Source: Candidatus Parcubacteria bacterium (lineage in GTDB: Bacteria > Patescibacteriota > Minisyncoccia > Phycocordibacterales > CAIZLB01). From it: a stretch of 64,000 nucleotides of DNA. Both the position numbers and the translations under genes were made by a program. This document shows positions 8,691-16,418 of this stretch, piece by piece. Each line of letters opens with the position of its first letter. Within the stretch, counting starts at the first letter, position 1. The notes beneath the pieces were generated by a model, which made no database searches, was not told the DNA's origin, and was given only the letters and a program-made list of their open reading frames with translations. The DNA is taken from NCBI GenBank assembly GCA_039795775.1, contig JBDKLC010000005.1:89905-153904 (forward strand). Direction: 5' to 3'.

Positions 8691-11600
8691 TTAGGCAAGA
8701 GGCTTGATGGCATCTGCCATAAAGCTTGGGTTACCGTCTCGAGATGAGGTCTTGCCCTTGATCACGACACATCGGTCTACCTGAAGGATGTTTTTGTATT
8801 GTTCGTATGCTTTTGGAAATACTACAACTTCGATTGAGCCACTAAAGTCAGCGAGCCGCATGAACATCATTCGCACAGTTGGATCTTTCTTTGTAGCGAT
8901 TTCTTTTGCTTCTTCAATGATACCGGCAAGCACAATCTGTTTGCCTTCGTCTCGTTTTGGTTTGCCTCGGAACTTTGGTTTGTTTGCAGATGGTTTTGGG
9001 GCTGCTGGCTTTGATGGGAATGGCTCGGCGTCTGGATCAATCATGCCACTTTCGACGGCTGGTGCGAGAATTGCTTCTTCACCTGCTTTCTTTTTGTCTT
9101 CTTCTTCGATTTGTAGTTTTACTTTTGCAATATTGAGTTCTCGTGTTTTAAAAATTTCAGCGTATTTGTCGAGTGGGTGACCAGATACAAAGAGGCCGAG
9201 GAGTTCTTTTTCCCATGCGAGCTTTTCTGCAGGTTGAGCATGTCCTTCTTCTTTGAGTTTGAGATGCATGCCGTATTTATTTTTTGCTTTAGCTAGTTGT
9301 GTCTCTTCAGATTCCATCGCTGCAAAAGCACCAAAGAGTGATGTTTGATTTTCTGCCTGTTTGTGCTGTTCTTTGTTGTATTCCAAAAGGTCAGGGAGGT
9401 TTGCAAGCATCACACCTCGGTCACCGTATTCATCCATGGCACCAGATTTAATGAGAGCTTCGAGAGATTTTTTGTTGAGATTTTTATCTTTGATTCGATT
9501 GAGGAATTCTTCGAGTGTTTTGAATCGGCCGTTCTTTTTCCGTTCTTCGATGATAGTGTCAGCAATACCTTCGCCGAAGTTTTTAATACTATAGAGACCG
9601 AATCGGATTTTGTCCGGTTCGATGTCACCCTTTGCATTCATGCCACCACCTTTGATAACAGTAAATGTTCCAAATGATTCGTTGAGGTCAGGAGGAAGTA
9701 CGGCAAGATTCATTCGCTTACATTCAGCAATGTATTCGCCGATTTCGACAACATCGCCGTGCGCACCTGTAAGAATCGCCGCCATATAAATAGCAGGGAA
9801 GTTTGCTTTCATGTACGCAGTTTTGTACGCCACGTTTCCGTAACTCGCAGCATGCGCTTTGTTGAAGCCGTATCCCTGGAATGGTTCGAACAATTTCCAA
9901 ATATCTTCAGCCAACTTTTTTGAAATACCTGAATGTGAAATACAACCATCTACGAACTTTACATGTTGCTTTGCCATTTCTTCTGGAATCTTTTTTCCTA
10001 CCGCTTTTCGGAATTTGTCTACTTCTCCCCATGTATATCCAGCGAGTTCGATGGCGGTCATAAGAAGGTCATCCTGATATACGAGAAGACCGTATGTTCG
10101 ATCGAGGAAGGCTTTCATCTTTGGATGATAGAAAATAGTTTTGTGCTTGCCGTGTTTTCGAGCGATGTATTCGTCGATCGTTTCCATTGGCCCAGGTCGA
10201 TAGAGCGCTACCATTACGTTGATATCGTGGATGGTTGTTGGTTTGAGTTGTTTGAGAGCTTGTGTGATACCAGATCCTGAAAGCTGGAATACACCCGTCG
10301 TATCACCACGTGCGAGCATTTCGAATGTCTTTTTGTCGTCGAGAGGAATGAGATCGATGTCGAGTTTGATACCCTCAATCTTTTCTGTGAGGTCGAGTGC
10401 ATCGGCAAGCTGTGCCAAGTTTTTGAGACCGAGGAAGTCGAATTTCAAAAGACCGGCGTTTTCTTCATCCACTGATCGCATGTCGTACTGAGTAATGATG
10501 CGGCCTTCGCCTTTTGGATCGAGCTGTAGCGGTACTACTTCTGTAATAGGAATAGGAGCAATCACCACACCGGCAGCGTGTACAGAAATGTGTCGTGCAC
10601 AACCTTCGATCTTTTTTGCCATTTCAATAATTTTTTTGACATCGGCATCTTTGTCATAAATTTCTTTGAGTTCTGGTGTGTCTGCCAACGCTCGTTCAAT
10701 TGTCATTGGAAAACCTTGCTGACCCATTGGGATAAGCTTTGAAATTTTGTCACCGAGTGTGTATGGATATTTGAGAGCTCGCGCCACGTCTTTTACGGCA
10801 CCTCTGGCAGCCATGGTTCCGAATGTACCGATTTGCGCTACTTTGTCCTGACCGTATTTTTGTCGAGAGTAGGTGATCATTTCGTCTCGTCGGTTATCGG
10901 CGAAGTCCATGTCGATGTCTGGCGCTGAAGGTCGTTCTGGGTTCAAGAATCGTTCGAAAGGAAGATTGAAGGCGATTGGGTCTACGTTTGTAATACCAGT
11001 GAGGTACGTCACAATAGAGCCGGCTACTGATCCTCGAATGTTTGTAAGGATGCCGTGGTCGTATGCATATCGAAGAAGGTCAGCTACTACGAGGAAGTAT
11101 GGAGCGTACCCTTTATCTTTAATAACTTTGAGTTCATACTCGATTCGCTCTTTTACGGTGGCGTCGAGTTCCATTCGTCGTCGCTCGAGACCTGCGTACG
11201 TAAGATTGCGAAGTTCGTCGTCGGCAGGGAGTCCACTTTCTACAACGTATTCAGGAAAGAGCCATTTACCAAGCTCGATCTGAAGATTTATTTTTTCTAC
11301 AATCTTCTGACAGTTATCGAGTGCGTCAGGTGTGTCTTTAAATAATTCTTCTGCGCGTTCACTGGTTATAAATGAAAGGTCGGCGTTGTCTTCGGATGTT
11401 CGTTCACTGAATTGATCTTGAATAGCGAGAAGTGTTTGTCGAGCTTCTTTGTCATCAGCTTTTATATAGTACACATCGTGACCTGCAACAATCTGAATGT
11501 TTTCTTCACGAGCAAACGCAATAAGCTTTTCCATGATACCTTCGTGCTCTTCAATTTCAGGATGATGAGTGATTTCAATATAAAAATCATCCTTAAAAAT

Positions 11601-12092
11601 GTTTTTATAGTACTGTGCTATTTCACGTGCTCGGTCTATATTGCCAGCTTTGATAGCTTGAGTAATCTCGCCACTAAATGAAGGCATTATACAGAGAAGT
11701 CCGGTTGGATATTTTTCTATAAGTTCACGGTCAATTCGTGGTTTGTAATAAAAACCTTCGAAGAATGAGTCAGTAACGAGTTTGATGAGACTCTTGTAGC
11801 CAGACGCATCTTTTGCCAAAAGAAGGAGTCGAGTTCGGCGGTTGTCGATGCGTGGTTCTTTGTCGTGGCGAGTTCGAGCAGCAACATAAAAATCTACGCC
11901 GAGGATTGGTTTGATGTTCTGTTTTATACATTCTTTGTAAAACTGAATGGCACCGTACATGTTGCCGTTGTCAGTGAGAGCGACAGCTGGCATAGCATTA
12001 TCAATCGCAGCTTTTACCAACGCTTTTATTTTTGGAAGCGCTTGAAGGAGGCTGTAATGGCTATGAGTGTGGAGATGGACGAATCGTGACAT
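8691..12092 (-). CDS. dnaE: DNA polymerase III alpha subunit
   Basis: 1133 aa. N-terminal PHP domain (FVHLHTHSHYSLL). Polymerase core, fingers and OB fold conserved along the full length. Confidence 0.95.
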   Translation of the reverse strand: MSRFVHLHTHSHYSLLQALPKIKALVKAAIDNAMPAVALTDNGNMYGAIQFYKECIKQNIKPILGVDFYVAARTRHDKEPRIDNRRTRLLLLAKDASGYKSLIKLVTDSFFEGFYYKPRIDRELIEKYPTGLLCIMPSFSGEITQAIKAGNIDRAREIAQYYKNIFKDDFYIEITHHPEIEEHEGIMEKLIAFAREENIQIVAGHDVYYIKADDKEARQTLLAIQDQFSERTSEDNADLSFITSERAEELFKDTPDALDNCQKIVEKINLQIELGKWLFPEYVVESGLPADDELRNLTYAGLERRRMELDATVKERIEYELKVIKDKGYAPYFLVVADLLRYAYDHGILTNIRGSVAGSIVTYLTGITNVDPIAFNLPFERFLNPERPSAPDIDMDFADNRRDEMITYSRQKYGQDKVAQIGTFGTMAARGAVKDVARALKYPYTLGDKISKLIPMGQQGFPMTIERALADTPELKEIYDKDADVKKIIEMAKKIEGCARHISVHAAGVVIAPIPITEVVPLQLDPKGEGRIITQYDMRSVDEENAGLLKFDFLGLKNLAQLADALDLTEKIEGIKLDIDLIPLDDKKTFEMLARGDTTGVFQLSGSGITQALKQLKPTTIHDINVMVALYRPGPMETIDEYIARKHGKHKTIFYHPKMKAFLDRTYGLLVYQDDLLMTAIELAGYTWGEVDKFRKAVGKKIPEEMAKQHVKFVDGCISHSGISKKLAEDIWKLFEPFQGYGFNKAHAASYGNVAYKTAYMKANFPAIYMAAILTGAHGDVVEIGEYIAECKRMNLAVLPPDLNESFGTFTVIKGGGMNAKGDIEPDKIRFGLYSIKNFGEGIADTIIEERKKNGRFKTLEEFLNRIKDKNLNKKSLEALIKSGAMDEYGDRGVMLANLPDLLEYNKEQHKQAENQTSLFGAFAAMESEETQLAKAKNKYGMHLKLKEEGHAQPAEKLAWEKELLGLFVSGHPLDKYAEIFKTRELNIAKVKLQIEEEDKKKAGEEAILAPAVESGMIDPDAEPFPSKPAAPKPSANKPKFRGKPKRDEGKQIVLAGIIEEAKEIATKKDPTVRMMFMRLADFSGSIEVVVFPKAYEQYKNILQVDRCVVIKGKTSSRDGNPSFMADAIKPLA

Positions 12093-12121
12093 AAAATAGA
12101 TAATGACATTATAGATTTTTT

Positions 12122-12814
12122 ATGAAGAAAAACCAAAAAAGGCCAGAACTAAGGAGATTTAAGTGGCTCGTGGGGATAGATGAAGTGGGAAGAGGGCCAC
12201 TTGCAGGACCTGTGGCTGTTTGTGCTTCCTTAGTTCGATTTGATGATTTGAGAAAAGATTCAGGAAAAATTAATGCAAGTCTGAGAAAGCTGATGAAATT
12301 TTCTTCATCTTTGAAACTCACTGATTCAAAAAAATTGTCTTTGAAACAGCGCGGTGAATGGTTTGATGTATTAAAGTCCTCTGAAAAAGGTGGACATATA
12401 TATTTTTCTCTCGAGTATGCGTCTGCTCAAACAATTGATGCAAAGGGAATTGCTGTGTGTATCAAATCATTGGTGAATAAAAATTTAAAAAAACTTCAAA
12501 AGAAAATAAACTTTTCATATGATGATGTGCTTGTGTTGCTTGATGGCGGTCTCAAAGCCCCGACAGAATTCATTCATCAAGAAACGATTATTAAAGGTGA
12601 TGAAAAAGAGGCTATTATTTCGTATGCGTCTATCATTGCAAAAGTTAGTCGTGATGAATACATGAAAAAACTCTCAAAAAAGTATCCTGAATACGGGTTT
12701 GATATACATAAAGGGTATGGGACTCTTGCACATCGGATAGCAATTCAAAAAAATGGTGTAAGTAATGAACATCGTGTTTCGTTTCTGTCTTCAATCATAG
12801 GTAGTATGAAATAA
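12122..12814 (+). CDS. rnhB: ribonuclease HII
   Basis: 230 aa. VGIDEVGRGPLAGPVAVCA active-site motif. Confidence 0.9.
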   Translation: MKKNQKRPELRRFKWLVGIDEVGRGPLAGPVAVCASLVRFDDLRKDSGKINASLRKLMKFSSSLKLTDSKKLSLKQRGEWFDVLKSSEKGGHIYFSLEYASAQTIDAKGIAVCIKSLVNKNLKKLQKKINFSYDDVLVLLDGGLKAPTEFIHQETIIKGDEKEAIISYASIIAKVSRDEYMKKLSKKYPEYGFDIHKGYGTLAHRIAIQKNGVSNEHRVSFLSSIIGSMK

Positions 12815-12965
12815 AGCTCAAGACTGGACTCGCCGTTTAAAAGGTGTAGAATTTTCGGTAGAAAAAGAAAGAGGCCAAATTTGCAAAGATGAGGCATATT
12901 TCTTTTTATGTGGAAAACCGTATGTGGCAACATACACAACATAACCGCGTGCTCTTTAAACTATC

Positions 12966-13706
12966 ATGTCTAGAATTACGAATGTCACAGCTGTTGCTGG
13001 AGATCAACTCAAAACTGTCGAACAACTCACCGCGCTGCATCCACTTGTGGAACATCCCAAAGGTTTCGAATCGAAATACAAGGTCCGCGTTGCTCGCCGA
13101 AAGGAAAACGGCCGACCAAATTTCATCACGTCGCCGCAAGCCGACCAGCCAACTCACGAACCTATCTATGACTGGTATCGGACGCTGGTTATCCTGCGTT
13201 CCGAAAAAGTTCATAGCAAAGGGGACACGAAGGTTCCTAAACTCGTGCATCTCAAACCAGTGGAGGACAGCAATCCGTTGCTTTACCTGCCGAACTTCTA
13301 CACCGAAGGTGTCCGGAACTCGGAGGTGAGCGAAAGCGTAGCCTATATCCAAGCGAAGCTCCACATTATACCGGGCCTTGTGGAACTGGTGAAAGACCTC
13401 ACCTTCAAGGGTGAAGAGAGTTTGCGCGTCGCAGCTATGGTGGCTCAGAATTTCTCGGGCCGGGTAGCCAGCGGTGCGCATGTGAAGTTGATGGAACATT
13501 CCTATACTCTTCAGTTTGAACCTCTGACCAAGGAACTCATCGCCGGTTTCAACATCGTCGATCTCGACGTTCTCTTGTCCGTCGTCACACATCTCGCCAA
13601 ACATCCGGATTACAAAACGCCTTTCCGGGGGCTCAAGACTGCCATTGCGGCCGCCAAAAAAGTGCGCGCTGGTGAAGCGCGCTCTACTACAAAGGCGGCC
13701 GCCTAA
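12966..13706 (+). CDS. hypothetical protein in GC-rich segment (strand assignment tentative)
   Basis: 246-aa ORF. A 232-aa ORF overlaps on the opposite strand. Plus strand preferred because the strong terminator at 13733-13776 is plus-oriented. Confidence 0.4.
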   Translation: MSRITNVTAVAGDQLKTVEQLTALHPLVEHPKGFESKYKVRVARRKENGRPNFITSPQADQPTHEPIYDWYRTLVILRSEKVHSKGDTKVPKLVHLKPVEDSNPLLYLPNFYTEGVRNSEVSESVAYIQAKLHIIPGLVELVKDLTFKGEESLRVAAMVAQNFSGRVASGAHVKLMEHSYTLQFEPLTKELIAGFNIVDLDVLLSVVTHLAKHPDYKTPFRGLKTAIAAAKKVRAGEARSTTKAAA

Positions 13707-13732
13707 CCATGGCCGTCTACAAGAATATCAGT

Positions 13733-13776
13733 GTCCGCGAAGGCCTATCCAGGCCCTCGCGGACATTTCTTTTTAT
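13733..13776 (+). terminator. rho-independent terminator
   Basis: 13-bp stem GTCCGCGAAGGCC/GGCCCTCGCGGAC with one mismatch and loop TATCCA, followed by ATTTCTTTTTAT. Confidence 0.7.
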
Positions 13777-13904
13777 AGGAAACCTTAAAACGCCCCAGGA
13801 ACATATAAGAGAAGAGCCTGTTCAGTATCCAGTCATAGCGCCCTGTAGGGGCCTCCCTTGCGAATTTCAATAAAAAATGTATACTGGGTCACATGGTAAA
13901 CCAC

Positions 13905-14165
13905 ATGCGTCACACAAAAGGGCATACCCGAAATCGACGAAGTCATCATTCTCTCAAAGCGATGGGTGTGATTCTTTGTGAAAGTTGCGGTAGTCCTCGA
14001 CAAAAGCACGTTGCTTGTCCAAAATGCGGAACTTATAAGGGAAATAAAGTTATTGACCACAAGGCAAAAGCAGATAAGAAAATCGCAAAGAAGCAAGCAG
14101 CAGATGCTCCAAAAGAAGTAAAGGCTCCAAAAGCAAAAGCTAAGTCAGCTAAAAAGACAAAATAA
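13905..14165 (+). CDS. rpmF: 50S ribosomal protein L32 with Lys/Ala-rich C-terminal extension
   Basis: MRHTKGHTRNRRSHHSLK... then a C..C...C..C zinc ribbon. Tail reads KAKADKKIAKKQAADAPKEVKAPKAKAKSAKKTK. The ORF track starts 4 codons earlier at 13893. Confidence 0.85.
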   Translation: MRHTKGHTRNRRSHHSLKAMGVILCESCGSPRQKHVACPKCGTYKGNKVIDHKAKADKKIAKKQAADAPKEVKAPKAKAKSAKKTK

Positions 14166-14207
14166 TAAAACGGAAAGTAGGCAAGGATAGAATTTTGAAA
14201 AAAATAT

Positions 14208-15110
14208 ATGGCCAACAGGCACCTCTCACGATCAATCGTTATGCAATCCCTCTTCGAGTGGGATTTTGGTAGTCTTGCGGATTCATCTATTTCAGATATT
14301 CTTGTTCGAAATGCGGAAGAGTTCGCTCCTGGTATGAGCGACTTTTCTTTTATGAAAAATTTGGCTGATGGCGTTATCAAAAAACGACCAGACCTTGACT
14401 CTATTATTGAAAAGGCCGCTCCTGAATGGCCAATCAAAAAAATATCAACAGTAGACCGAAACGTCCTCCGACTTGGTCTGTATGAGCTTCTCTTTGCTGA
14501 TAAAAAAGAAGTACCAGCAAAAGTAGCTATCAACGAATCTATTGAACTTGCAAAGACATTCGGTGGCGAGACTTCTGGTAAATTCGTAAACGGCGTACTT
14601 GGTGCCGTCTACAAAGAAATGGGCGAGCCGGGCAAAGACGAAATTTCTCCTCGAAAAAACAAAGGCCGACAAGATATTCCATTTGAAGAAATGCCAATTA
14701 AGGCGCTTGGTGGGTCTGTTGTGTATGCAAAACATGAAGGCCAGTATTACCTCGCGCTCGTTCACGATGTATTCGGTCACTGGACCCTTTCAAAAGGAAA
14801 GCTCGAAGCTGGTGAAGATGTACAGCAGGGAACAATCCGAGAAATCAAAGAAGAACTTGGTCTCGATATTGTTCTCGAAGAAGAACTCGCAAAAAACGAG
14901 TACGTTGCATCTCATCCAGAAGAAGGTAAGATCCGAAAACAAGTTACTTATTTCTTAGGAAAAGCTGAATACGGCGACCTCACACTCGGTACAAGTGGAG
15001 GACTCGACGATGCTCAGTGGTTTAAGGTACAGGACATCCTTACTCTCAATTTCTATAACGACATTTTGCCTATTGTTACAAAGGCAATCAACATTTTGCT
15101 TAAAAAATAA
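14208..15110 (+). CDS. nusB: NusB antitermination factor fused to a C-terminal Nudix hydrolase domain
   Basis: Residues 1-140 carry NusB signatures (VDRNVLRLGLYELLF, INESIELAKTFGGETSGKFVNGVLG). Residues 160-300 carry a canonical Nudix box GKLEAGEDVQQGTIREIKEELGL. Confidence 0.75.
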   Translation: MANRHLSRSIVMQSLFEWDFGSLADSSISDILVRNAEEFAPGMSDFSFMKNLADGVIKKRPDLDSIIEKAAPEWPIKKISTVDRNVLRLGLYELLFADKKEVPAKVAINESIELAKTFGGETSGKFVNGVLGAVYKEMGEPGKDEISPRKNKGRQDIPFEEMPIKALGGSVVYAKHEGQYYLALVHDVFGHWTLSKGKLEAGEDVQQGTIREIKEELGLDIVLEEELAKNEYVASHPEEGKIRKQVTYFLGKAEYGDLTLGTSGGLDDAQWFKVQDILTLNFYNDILPIVTKAINILLKK

Positions 15111-15141
15111 ACTATGATAGGGTTGGTCCGTCATACATATT

Positions 15142-15828
15142 ATGGATTTCTCAGTATTCGAAAAAAGCATAAAAGTAGAGTTTAAAGATAAAGGTCTTCT
15201 CAAACAGGCCTTTATTCACCGTTCATATATCAACGAAAATCGAGGTCTCAAACTCGAACACAACGAACGTCTCGAATTCCTCGGGGATGCTGTACTTGAA
15301 CTTGTTATTACAGATTACCTTTATCACAAATATCCAGGTAAACCAGAAGGCGAGCTTACTGCATACCGATCGTCATTGGTGAATTCAAATACACTTGCAG
15401 CAGCTGCTGAAAGAATTGGTGTGAACTCATTCTTACTCCTTTCACGAGGCGAAGCAAAAGATACAGGCCGAGCACGACAGTATATTCTTGCGAATACATT
15501 TGAAGCTCTTATTGGTTCTATTTATCTCGACCAAGGATATGGAGCTGCAGAAAAATTCATATCAGATCATTTGTTCGGTCTCATCGATGATATCGTCTCA
15601 AAGAAGACATTTATCGACGCAAAGAGTCGATTTCAAGAAGTTGCTCAGGAAAAAGTTGGTGTAACACCCGCATACAAACTCATCAAAGAATCAGGTCCAG
15701 ATCACAACAAAATCTTTACAGTTGGTGTATTTTTGTCTGAGGAAAAGGTAGCTGCAGGTGACGGTAAATCTAAGCAAGAAGCTGAGCAAAAAGCAGCCGA
15801 AAAAGCTCTCCAAGTAAAAGGCTGGTAG
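15142..15828 (+). CDS. rnc: ribonuclease III
   Basis: 228 aa. ERLEFLGDAVLELVITDYLY signature and a C-terminal dsRBD. Confidence 0.9.
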   Translation: MDFSVFEKSIKVEFKDKGLLKQAFIHRSYINENRGLKLEHNERLEFLGDAVLELVITDYLYHKYPGKPEGELTAYRSSLVNSNTLAAAAERIGVNSFLLLSRGEAKDTGRARQYILANTFEALIGSIYLDQGYGAAEKFISDHLFGLIDDIVSKKTFIDAKSRFQEVAQEKVGVTPAYKLIKESGPDHNKIFTVGVFLSEEKVAAGDGKSKQEAEQKAAEKALQVKGW

Positions 15829-15832
15829 CCGT

Positions 15833-15858
15833 AGCCCCATCGCTGGGGCTTTTTGTTT
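15833..15858 (+). terminator. rho-independent terminator after rnc
   Basis: AGCCCCA-tcgc-TGGGGCTTTTTGTTT. Confidence 0.8.
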
Positions 15859-15861
15859 ACA

Positions 15862-16023
15862 TTACTTTTTTGACTCTTTTTGGTTCTGTTCGAATTTCCA
15901 CTTTCGAATCAATGTTCGAAAAAACTCGCTCACAGAGTTGTAACCTCCATTTTTGACTTCTTCTTCGATGATCTCGATTAATTGTTGAGGTAGAGATATG
16001 TGGATTGTGTTTCTTTTTTTCAT
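15862..16023 (-). CDS. small ribbon-helix-helix (CopG/ParD-like) DNA-binding protein, orphan
   Basis: 53-aa ORF absent from the track (under 60 aa): MKKRNTIHISLPQQLIEIIEEEVKNGGYNSVSEFFRTLIRKWKFEQNQKESKK. Matches the ParD/CopG pattern ISLP..L...I...V..G.Y.S.SE..R..IR. No toxin partner ORF is adjacent. Confidence 0.5.
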   Translation of the reverse strand: MKKRNTIHISLPQQLIEIIEEEVKNGGYNSVSEFFRTLIRKWKFEQNQKESKK

Positions 16024-16125
16024 AATACATAGGTGGAGATACTAATAGGTTGGAACTTGCTTGTAGATCTTACAGGTATGTTTTTTTCGTGTTTTTTCAC
16101 TGTGTCATTGAATGTAGTGGCTCTG

Positions 16126-16148
16126 CCATCTAGATAACACCTAGATGG
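16126..16148. promoter_or_regulatory. perfect 8-bp inverted repeat, candidate operator upstream of the RHH gene
   Basis: CCATCTAG-ataacac-CTAGATGG lies about 100 bp upstream of the RHH start, in a 560-bp AT-rich intergenic region. Confidence 0.3.
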
Positions 16149-16418
16149 TTCATCTGTGTCAAATTGTGTCACGGTGCTCAGATTGAAGTTTTTGTTGAAT
16201 TAAAAAGTTAAATTTAAAGCTTCTACTTAAATTCAAAAAAATCAGAACACAAAGTAAACTGTAGAATCTCTCTCATTAAGCAAACATAAAATATTTATAA
16301 TATAATCATAAAATTTAACAAAAACTGATCTACTTGTGAAAAATTCAGTAAAACTTTATACAATGTTTATTACACTTTATAACGTGCGTTTCTGACCGTT
16401 TTTTTGTAGAATTAAAGG

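Noticed and set aside
12906-13604. 232-aa minus-strand ORF overlapping the 12966..13706 plus-strand ORF
   Set aside because: The high-GC DNA yields long ORFs on both strands. The strong terminator at 13733-13776 is plus-oriented and the minus translation is unusually rich in C/W/H/F, so the plus strand is favoured. This remains uncertain.
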